A stretch of 62,815 nt of DNA, the filler included. It is 12 parts of 12 records of this genome, joined end to end, with 100 filler letters (N's around TTAATTAATTAA, not from the genome) between each part and the next. Parts side by side here need not be neighbours in the genome. Positions count along the whole stretch, not along the records: positions 53,177 to 56,465 come from SRR9670534_1591; positions 56,566 to 62,815 come from SRR9670534_1593; 10 more parts are not named here. The stretch is one strand, 5' to 3'. Made by a program: the position numbers and the translations under genes. The notes beneath the pieces are model-generated. The model was not told the origin of the DNA. It was given only the letters and a program-made list of their open reading frames with translations, and ran no database searches. This document shows positions 53,183 to 62,815 of the stretch, piece after piece (position 1 is the first letter of the stretch; the number at the start of each line of letters is the position of its first letter).

Positions 53183-55366
53183 ATGGCTCATTCTAGGAAA
53201 TTACCTCCACATTGTACCATCTTAACAAGAAACACGGACTACTTGATCCAAAACTTGGATGTAAAGGTTCTGATACCAGAATTGCTTGCAAATGGTGTTA
53301 TTGATTCTGATCATGTTGATGTAATAAAGCAAGGTGAAACTGACAAAGCTCAAGTATTAGAACTAATTGAGCTAATAAAGTATGTTGAGGTCGAAAAATA
53401 TGACTTATTTTTAAAGGTTTTAGAAAAGAATGAGCTTTATGGTGATATTGCAAAGAAACTTGAAGATGATGCAAACAACAATCCTTGTCAAACTGAAGAT
53501 TGGCATTTTTGTGTAGACCAACTGAGCAATGAAATAGCAAGAAACTACAGTAATTTTGTTTCTGAACATAAAAAGTTTCTTATAGCTAGAAAGGTTATAC
53601 CAATTGCAGTACTATTAAAGATCCTAAATGACAAGGGTTTGACAGATTTTCAAAAAATTTTCAAGTTTTTTGAAGCTCTGAAAAGTGAAGGACAAGAAAA
53701 ATGGAAACAATTTCTGAAGTTGATGAAAGAACTTGGATCAGATTATGCCATCATAATTTCATCAGAATCCTTGAATAATATGATAGAAACTAACTATGCT
53801 GTCTTTGGAAAAGATGACATAATTTTGAGTTTTGAAGCTATTGGCTTTGGAGCAAATGCATCTGTTTATGAAGCACAAGTACCAATGATATCATCTGATG
53901 CTAGATTTGCATTCAAAAAGTACATACAATTATCACAGATGGAAGGAATAAATGCTGCTGGTTCTGAAAAATGTTTGAAAGAAATGAAAAATGAACTAAA
54001 AAAGTGTTTCCTCTGTAGAATGCACCCTAATATTGTCACCATCTATGGTATTGTTCAGGAACCTGGTTGCTATGGTATACTTATGGAGCTGTGTTCTGAA
54101 GGAAATATCAGAACTTTCATAGACAAACATGTTCTTGAAAAGATACCAATTGGTTTAGAAATGAAGAAAGATTGGATCCTGCAAATTCTCAGAGCCATAA
54201 ATTTCTTGCATACCAGAACTCCAATAATTATCCATAAGGACATTAAAACAGAGAATTGTCTTTTGACTTCCATGAATGTTGGAGATGTTTTGGTGGCCAA
54301 ATTAGGAGATTTTGGAGCTTCAGCTTTTAGCTTATTAACCAAGACAGTAACCAAATCTAGACCTAATCAAGTAACAATAACTCATTGCCCACCAGAATAT
54401 TTAAAATATGGTGAAATCAGCCCTGCTTATGATATGTATAGCTTTGGTATATTCATTTATGAAATTCTTAGTGAAGAAGTACCATACAAGGAATGGGCAG
54501 ATGATAATATAGTACAGTTCAAGAAAATTTTGGATGGTGAAGTACCAAAGATTCCTAAAGTCAGTGACTTTGATGAAACATTTGAAAAGATGTATTTCAA
54601 ACTGACATCAAAAGATGCCAATGAGCGTCCTACTGCCACCGCAATACTTTTAGAATTGAATGATTTACCGCCAGAAAATCCACCATCTGCAATTTCATAT
54701 GAGGTTGTGAAGCAGGATGCTGAAGATGCTTGGGTTCATGGTCCACTTGTTGTTTTAAAAAATCATAAAATAATTGTTAGAAGTTCATATAAAGTTCATT
54801 GGAATGGTACAATTGAAGTCTTGCTGACCCAGATATACTCTGAAAGTAGTGTGAGAAATATACCAAAATGGCGCCTTTTTAACAGAGATACCAAAAGATG
54901 TCTTGCAAATGGTGTGGCTACAAATCATCCTAGAGAAAGTTTTTTCACGGATCCCAAATGGGTGGGGTTAAGGTTGGAACTCCAAATCCATGCAGAAGCT
55001 GATGTCATACCAAGCTGGTCATTTCAAAATGAAGTTACATTTATTTGGGATAAAAATGAGCACCAACATAAGCATAATGGGTGGAATTTCCGCGTTTATG
55101 AGCAAGCTGGTTGGATGGGAATAGAATTGGCTTCTCAAGATATCCAAGATTATAATACCTATGCTTGGTATGTGAAAATGAAAAGTTTGGACGATAATGT
55201 TTGTCCAGATGCATTTAGACAAGATGTTGGAAAGGGTAGAATGGGGTCATATTTCTTTGTTCCTAGTGATTTAGTGCTTGAAAAGTACTTTATTTGCTCT
55301 GAAACAAAAGAAATTAGGTTTGAATATGGAACAAAAGCAATGACCGAAATTTTTGATACGAAATGA
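53183..55366 (+). CDS. CARD-CARD + TKL (RIPK/IRAK-like) kinase + MATH/TRAF-like C-terminal region, 727 aa, intronless
   Basis: aa ~8-95 is an Apaf-1-type CARD (LIQNLDV..LIPELLANGVI..YDLFLKVL..YGDIAKKLE). aa ~105-190 is a second, weaker CARD-like unit. The kinase at aa ~215-492 has GFGANA, FAFK, HPNIV, HKDIKTENCLL, DFG, PPE, DMYSFG and RPT. aa ~615-720 (GWNFRVYE..WMGIEL..GSYFFVP..YF) is MATH-like. AATAAA at 55447-55452. Confidence 0.88.
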   Translation: MAHSRKLPPHCTILTRNTDYLIQNLDVKVLIPELLANGVIDSDHVDVIKQGETDKAQVLELIELIKYVEVEKYDLFLKVLEKNELYGDIAKKLEDDANNNPCQTEDWHFCVDQLSNEIARNYSNFVSEHKKFLIARKVIPIAVLLKILNDKGLTDFQKIFKFFEALKSEGQEKWKQFLKLMKELGSDYAIIISSESLNNMIETNYAVFGKDDIILSFEAIGFGANASVYEAQVPMISSDARFAFKKYIQLSQMEGINAAGSEKCLKEMKNELKKCFLCRMHPNIVTIYGIVQEPGCYGILMELCSEGNIRTFIDKHVLEKIPIGLEMKKDWILQILRAINFLHTRTPIIIHKDIKTENCLLTSMNVGDVLVAKLGDFGASAFSLLTKTVTKSRPNQVTITHCPPEYLKYGEISPAYDMYSFGIFIYEILSEEVPYKEWADDNIVQFKKILDGEVPKIPKVSDFDETFEKMYFKLTSKDANERPTATAILLELNDLPPENPPSAISYEVVKQDAEDAWVHGPLVVLKNHKIIVRSSYKVHWNGTIEVLLTQIYSESSVRNIPKWRLFNRDTKRCLANGVATNHPRESFFTDPKWVGLRLELQIHAEADVIPSWSFQNEVTFIWDKNEHQHKHNGWNFRVYEQAGWMGIELASQDIQDYNTYAWYVKMKSLDDNVCPDAFRQDVGKGRMGSYFFVPSDLVLEKYFICSETKEIRFEYGTKAMTEIFDTK

Positions 55367-56420
55367 ATGTTTCATTTTATATGTCATTTCTCCTATTTAA
55401 CTCTGGTATTTATTATTAATCGGAAATTTAAAATCGGAACGTCTGTAATAAAGGTTAATTCTTATTGTTTTTATATTGGAAAATTTAAATTAAAAATTCA
55501 AATCCCTTAAATTTTTAATCTTTAAATTTAAATCCACAAATATGGATTTAAATTCTACATTCTAAATATGAATTTTAAAATTTTTCAATTTAATAAACTT
55601 TTATCAAAATAATAATAGGATTTTTATTATTGTCATAACGTACCTGACAGGTAAAACTTGACAACAATAATATTACACCATTGTATTTGCATATAGTATA
55701 GACTAATAGGTTTTGTTATTACTTTTAATTAATAGGGCTGGAATCTTACTTACCTCTGAATTAAATTATTGATAATAATAGGCTTTCACTAATTGTTTAC
55801 CTTTGCTCTTATTATTAATATTAATTAATTGTGTTGTAGTTAGAAAAAGATTCCCCTACAAACAATACAATTATTTATTACATCCAAACGAAATAATATA
55901 GGACTAAACTGAATGACAATATGAACGAGGTAAGCAACATGTTCTCTACGTTGTTATTATTAGTAATAGTAACATCATTTTCATAACTTTTAATAAATAC
56001 AAACTTATTAAACATTTCATTATGCCATTATTAATAAAAATCTTGTACATTACTATTAAATAGCAACAGATAAATTGCTAAAAAATAAACTATTATTAAT
56101 AAATATTTTTATTAATAAAATTTATAGTTATTATTAACACCGTGTGACATATGTGACACATGTTTTTATTGATTATATATTAATAATCATAATTAGTTTT
56201 ATGAATCATAAATTATGATAATAAAACTCTATACATGAAATATTATTAAAAATTGATAATTTGTAAAATGGACATTACATATTGGTCATAAAGCGGCAAA
56301 TGCTAATCTAACAAAAAAGGGGTCACTTATCATTTTCGTAGAATTTCTCCGTTTATATATAAACATATACTATGTAGTACAATAGCATTATGAAATCATG
56401 AATAGTATAATTATTATATT

Positions 56421-56465
56421 ATAATATAATAGTAATATTATAGTATAATATTACTATTATATTAT
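56421..56465. repeat. Perfect 22-bp inverted repeat with a 1-nt spacer at a contig end
   Basis: ATAATATAATAGTAATATTATA-G-TATAATATTACTATTATATTAT. Confidence 0.9.
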
Positions 56466-56872
56466 NNNNNNNNNNNNNNNNNNNNNNNNNNNNNNNNNNN
56501 NNNNNNNNNTTAATTAATTAANNNNNNNNNNNNNNNNNNNNNNNNNNNNNNNNNNNNNNNNNNNNCAAGAGATGGCGCACTCACACTCTACAATACAAAG
56601 TATTGTTATTAATAATAATAATAGAAAATGTAACTTGGGTTTGCATTACTAGTATAGGCTATTGGATTTTGAACTAGAATACATAGAAATAGTTAATATA
56701 AACATTTGCTGTTAGACTGTGTCTATAACTGTAGAAAAGTAATAAACTTAGCATCAAAAAACAGCTGGTTGATTGTAATTCATGAGTGACATTACATAGT
56801 TAATGGAGTTTAAAAGAAATAATAAAAAGAAAAAGATAAAACAAGTTATTTTGTATAGGCTGAGAGGAGGAG

Positions 56873-59800
56873 TTAGTCTTGAGGGCATTTATCATCATCA
56901 CTTATTGCTCCAGGCAGCATTTTTATCAGCTTTTGAAATGCTTCTTCATGAGTTGGATAGTCATCAGCATTATCATGGTATATGGGTTGTTCTGGGTCAA
57001 CTGGAGCAGGTGCCTTTGTCATGTGAGATCTGCAAGTATAACATGGACATTTGATTGTCCAGCTGCAAACATTATCAAATGTAAAATAGTTCATTGTTAG
57101 TTGCATTAGATAATTGTGCAATAGTTGTTGGAAGTTGATTGATTTGCCAAATCCAGGACAATCAGGCAGATTGTTGCATAATTCAATTGGAGATATTAGT
57201 GGCATGTTATCAAAGCATTTGGTTTTATAAATTTTCTGTTTGAATTTTACTGCCTTTTTGTTAGAGCCATCTTTTTCCACAAGTTGCTCATAAAGCCCAT
57301 CATTGTTTATTTCACCTGTAAATAATAATTTATTAATGATCTTATGAAGCCATATTGCTTTAGATTTAATAATTTCATAAGAGGCAGGAAGAAATTCATA
57401 TTTCTTAATAAAGCTATCATAATCAAATTCATGTTCAAATTTGCTAAAACCTATAAAACTTCTACAGATGTCAAATTGAGTTTTTTCAATTAATATTAAT
57501 GTTGATCTGGTCACTATTACTGATTCTACATCATTCATTAGTGCAGATCATAAATTTTGCTTATATAGGTGTAACCATCTATGCTTTGGTATACCACTGG
57601 GTAGTGTGTATTTATAGCTATAGTATGTTTGTTTACACCTAGCAGCAAGAAGTGAAAAATGATAATTGAAGTTAAGTATGGGACAGTATTGTATTTCTAA
57701 ATCTCTTTGGTTCTCCTTTTCCTCAATTTTAACACCATTGAGTATTATTTTATGATTCTTATCCCCACGGTAGGTAATAATTCCACATTTGTTGAAGTTA
57801 AGTTCCATGTCCTTGGAATGGCTCCAATTGTTGATATAATCTAGAACATTTTGGATGTTATGGGTATGTTCATTTTGTTTAAGTTTCTTGCCAAGGATTA
57901 TTAACTTCATGTCATCTGCATACATGAAGTGATTTAGGCTATTCCTTGGATTGTACAATGTTATATCACAAATTGAAAGTGTGAAAAGAGTGGGAGACAG
58001 AATACCACCTTATGGTACTCCAGATCCCACTATATAGAACTTGCTAAATGTGTTGTTAATCTTGACAGCAGTAAATCTGTTGTTTAAGTAGTTCATGATC
58101 AAAACTATCAAATTAATAGGAAATTTAAGGATCTTTAGCATTGATAATATGGCAAAATGTGCCAACTTATCAAATGCTTTGCGAAAATCTAGGTAGACAA
58201 CAGATACAAGATTTTCAGTGTCATCTAAGCTAAATATTAGTTGGTTGAGAAATATAGCCAAAGCTGTCTCTGTGTTTGACATTTGTCTAAAACCATATTG
58301 GTGGTTTAAACTTGACCAAGGAATACATCTGTTCATCTAGTCGAAAATTACCCTCTCTGCCAATTTTGCACAGTGGCAGAGGACTGTAATTGGTCTGTAA
58401 TTATCAACCTGGCTGAAGTTTCCTGGTTTTCTAATTGGTGTAATGATACCAATTTTCCATAATGATGAAAATTCTGCAGAATGCAATATTCTAATTATAA
58501 TCGTTTGTAGCATTGGTATTAGCTGCCATTTAAATTGTTTTATAAATTTTACTGAGATACCATCAATGCCACATGCTGATGCAGTATTCATTTAAGATAG
58601 TTTATGGAAGATGTCACAGCATCATGGATATGGAAATTTTCCTATAGAGTCACTATGGTTCATTTTGTCTAACCATCCATTTTTGATGTCATCTGTTAGT
58701 GAATAGCATCCATAAACATCTTTAAAATGTTGTGAAAAAAGAATGGCCTTATCACTGTCAGAAGTTGCAGATTCTTTATTATAGAACATAACAGCTGGGT
58801 AATTTGGGCTAAAGTTACTTTTAAGAAGTTTGTGAATTTTATCTATTGAGTATTTGCAATCATGTATTAACCTATTGTGCCAATCCTAGAGATCAATGCT
58901 TAGTTAAGTAAGTAATTCAGCCTTAAGTCTATCACATAGTGATTTGTTGCCTTTTTTTCCTAGCTGTATTGAGTTTCTTCCTTAAATGAGATGCAAGATT
59001 ACTACAATACCTAGGAATTAAATTTCTCCAGTAAGTAGATTTTTTAGGTAATGTGTCTACACTATCTGCTATAGATAGGTAAAAATCAAGGACAAGATCA
59101 TCTAGAGGCTTATTAATGTTTAATTTGCTTCTACATGCTACTAAAGAAAAATCAACAAAATTTTCATCAATGTTTTTAAGATTTGTGTTTCTAATCTTTT
59201 TAAGTGCTTCCACTAATAGGGCTCCTGAAGAAAAATTATTTTCTATGAACTCCCAGTCAATGTCCTTATTATCCCTAGATTGGTTACCCTCATCAATTGT
59301 GACAGCTGTTTGAGGAATACTAAATGATGCTAAATATATAGGATGATCAGATGGATATTTACCTGAATTGTTCGAGAATAAATGGTGACATCTATCCACA
59401 TTATCTTCCAGAAGTATGTCATCTAGAGAAAAATTGAAACATAAAGTCATACAATCTTCTTTGCTGTTAGTACCTTGAGTGCCCAAAAAACTAACAAGAC
59501 CTCATTTGTCAAAGAAATGATGAATTTTGCAAATGTTATCATCAACTATGTTAGTAGTAGTGCTATTTAGTTTTCCACCATGATTTAAATCTCCACACAA
59601 TATAATCCTGGTATATTCTAAATTATCAACAAATTCTAATAACTTTAATATATTTTTGTAGCCAATTATATAGTTACTGTCAGTTGGGGCATTATAAATA
59701 TTAACTAATAATATTTGAATACCCTTGGTTTCAACAACAACAATGCACACATTTTGAATAACTGTTTTAGGCAGATTCTTAATTTCAATTTGTTTACTTT

Positions 59801-62800
59801 TCATCGATTTATGGATAATCCAAGCAACACCTCCATGACGAGATTCTCCTAATTCCTTTCTATCTCTTCCTGTACAAAATACATCATGTCCTATAAAGGG
59901 ATAGTTTATTAGTTCCTCATTAGGAAACCAAGTTTCTACCACAGCAGTAAAGCTTGGTTGTAAAACAAGAATACCTTTTTTCCAAAGCAGCTCTCCTAGT
60001 AGGGTTTAAGATGCTATTGGTGTTAATCAGTACTAAGCTTAAGTTAGTAAATTTGATGTTATAAGTTATTTTAGGAGCAGCAATTTTTTCTCTCAGACCA
60101 TATAGTCATACTTGTGGTGCTTTGTCAGTCTTATCATCATCAGTAGCAACCACTACAATTGTTTGACTAATGGCATTCTCATTACAGGTGTCATTTTTTT
60201 TTGTACTGGATCTTGTTACTGGTCTTTCTGTAACATATAGTGCCTTCTTAGGTTTTTTTTCTTGTTAAAGTCAGCTTTGGTAATGGGTTGTAAAGAATGT
60301 AATCTTTCTGTCATAGCTTGTTTATCAACTTCATCACCTTCAACTTCAGAGGCGTCTCTGGTAGTTACATTTGCAATTGTAGCTTCAGCTGTTTCTGCAA
60401 TGGTAATTTCAGAATTCAAATCTATTAAGTCATCATCAGAATTTGTGTGTGGCAGTGAATCTAGAGTTTCAATGCATGTATCAGTATCACCAGTTGCTGG
60501 CTTAGTAGCATTAATTAAATTCTCCTTGTTCAAAACCCTTAGTATCCATTCTTGTTCCTCTTTATCTTCAAAACCAGGCCATAAGTCTAATGAAGTATCC
60601 AATTGATTGCTGTTATCAGCTGCCTCATCATCAGTTTGTATGCCAATTGTTTCTAAAGAGGATGGATTTGCAGGTTTATCATTGGAGGCTATTTTGTTAA
60701 TGTTGTTACCAGATAGTTCCATGTGTTCAGAGGTCTCTTTGCTGACCTTCTTGGTAGTTTTATCAGGTGCCAAATATGGTGCAGAAGGAAACCATGTTTC
60801 AATCGTGAAGCTGTGAACTTTGTCAGCTTTAGTAAATAAAATAGATTTAAAACAATTTTTTTAAAGGTTCAATTTTAATATATGTAAAATGTTTAAAATT
60901 TTGGTTAAATTTTAAAATTTTAAGCCTTTTTTGTTACAGCTAATATTATAATATATATTATATATTATTAGTAGTATGGGTATATACTATAAAATGTTTA
61001 AAAATTAAAGAGACTTTAAATGAAACAAAAATTAAATTTAACACTGTTTGAGTAGTCTTCAAAATGATTTTAGTAATTTTTTCTGCATTGAAGTATACAA
61101 TTACAAATTCACAGAAAAATCAATCACCATTATCTGAAGAAAGCTTGGATTTCTTGGTGTTGTAAGGTGTTGAGGTGGTCACAGAATTATTATATCTTTT
61201 ACCACAGTAATAGTCTCTTCTATCATATTTAAATCTATTGTACCCAGGTTCTAACGGAAGAGATTATCTATGGAAATCATTTCTATTAAAATGAGGAGAA
61301 TAGTAACCAGGATCATAAATGGGGTATTCAGGAGCATAATTAAATCTTCTATGATGCATTGGAGGTGGTGGATAGTAATAATAATCATTGCCAAAATTAT
61401 TTCTAAAATCATAATGGTGGTAGTGATCATATTCCCTAAAATTATAATAATTAAATGATTTGATGTTTTTGTTGTTGGTATTAAAAACCCATGCCTTCTG
61501 TAGCAGTCTTCAGGATCATGACCATAGCTACATTGTGGTTGTGCATAGGAGTTATCATGAAAAAAGCAGGAATGCCGATGTTTTTTGCCATATCCAGAGC
61601 CACTGCCCCTGTTAGTGGAAGAGAGCAAATCAGAACTTGGTGTACCATTTTTGTTGATACCATTTCTTGGAGAAGCAGTCTTGGTAGTTGTTTTTGTAAT
61701 GTTGCTTTTCACTGCTTGCACAGGCTTCTGTTTGCTCATTTGCTTGGAAGCTTCTATATTTGACTTTTGTTTGTTGGTATGAGAGCTGATGGACTTTTTG
61801 GTGTTTGCAATGGTAGCATCACTATCATCTGTAGGGCAAAAGTCCTTGTCCAAGAAGATATCTTCCACATAGATTGATAATGGATCTTTGAGGGTTGTTG
61901 CATTTAGAGTAGTGGATTCAAGCAGTGATTTTTCTTCAAAATCTTCCTTCATTGCTTTGTTGGTAAAGGTAGATGTAATATCAGCAACTATTTGCCCTTT
62001 GTGTTCAACTTTGTCATAGTTTAGATGCAAATTGTTATAGTTGACTTGAGGGTTGTTTGCTTTTGCTTGCTTTTTCGCTTCTCTTTCAATTAGGGGGACA
62101 TACTCTTCAACCCACATTCCTTTGCTCTTTGTCTTCTTCACTGTCTTCAGGATCTCTACCCGTATTTCTTTGCTTTTATGAATTGCCAGTTTTGCTAAAT
62201 ATTTCAGAAAAAGATTATCAGAAATTGAACCATCTGCAATGTTATTTTATATCACGTTTGCATTTTTCCGGTGACATTGAAAATTATAATGAAAAGTTGA
62301 AAATTGCCAAACAAATAAGTATAAAGTTGTTATTTAAGTACCATTTACTAAATCTATTGTTTAACATTTTGGCTGGGAATTTATATCCAAATTTGAAGTA
62401 GTACTTTCAACAGAGGTTGAACTCAAATAGGAAACAGCCCTTTGAGTTAGTGCAATTAAAACTAAACAAGGCAAAATTGGAAAAGTTCTATGCTTACTCT
62501 ATAATTCCAATGTGAAATGAATTGACATGGAACTTTTTCTACGAACTACTTAATAGGAAATTTTCAAAAACTTTTTTTAAAACAAAATTACATGAGCACT
62601 TGTTGGAACATCAATAGCAGGCATTAACTGTTTTTGTATTTTCAGGTTAACTGATATTTAACCCTTTGCAGATGGCTCAAATTAAATAAGTTGCTCATTG
62701 TGAACAGCATGATAATTCATCACAGTGGAAAAAAGAAGCCATTTTTAGATGGCTGCCATTTTGCCCTACTTGCACATATTGTGTATATATACATATCATT

Positions 62801-62815
62801 TTGTAGCATTTTCTC
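56873..62815 (-). mobile_element. Near full-length decayed LINE (CR1/L2 group): ORF1-like region + endonuclease + RT + C-terminal CxCxxC
   Basis: Motifs VETW, HGGVA, IYNAP, GDLN, SDH, GIDGI, NYRPIT, QYGFR, LDFRKAFD, GVP*GG and YADDMK, ending with CSWTIKCPCYTC. The ORF1-like 61251-62141 has WVEEY..R and a C-x11-C-x8-C-x3-H motif. Many stops and frameshifts. Confidence 0.92.

Noticed and set aside
599-62401. Numerous 60-140 aa ORFs antisense to real genes or LINEs, or in AT-rich DNA
   Set aside because: They are shadow frames or low-complexity I/L/Y/N-rich translations with no motifs or splice support.
1-62815. Treating the kinase, pentraxin and defensin genes as one linked immune system
   Set aside because: They lie on different contigs joined artificially. 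Only within-contig linkage is informative.

Overview
This window is not one locus. It is 12 short contigs joined by an artificial 100-bp spacer (44 N + TTAATTAATTAA + 44 N), so adjacency across spacers means nothing. The DNA is AT-rich invertebrate animal nuclear genome with GT-AG introns, many of them only about 50-100 nt. The species cannot be determined from the sequence. Recognisable conserved genes are PPP1R12/MYPT (5' part), NHP2, a vinculin/alpha-catenin-family gene, an SK (KCNN) channel, a CNG channel exon, a C19orf44/DUF4614-like gene, LRRC42 and an RCC1-repeat fragment. There are five decayed APE-type LINEs and a pogo/Tigger-like MITE. The most unusual items all point to lineage-specific immunity or cell-surface biology: (1) an intact, intronless 727-aa CARD-CARD-kinase protein with MATH/TRAF-like C-terminal sequence; (2) a single-contig cluster of a two-domain CS-alpha-beta defensin-like gene, a Ly6/three-finger gene and three tandem paralogues of an unrecognised Cys-module GPI-anchored family; (3) a CD225/dispanin-pentraxin fusion gene (disrupted as assembled); and (4) an intron-containing coiled-coil + SGNH gene resembling a LINE ORF1p esterase. 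All gene models and domain calls were made by eye from motifs, with no database searches.
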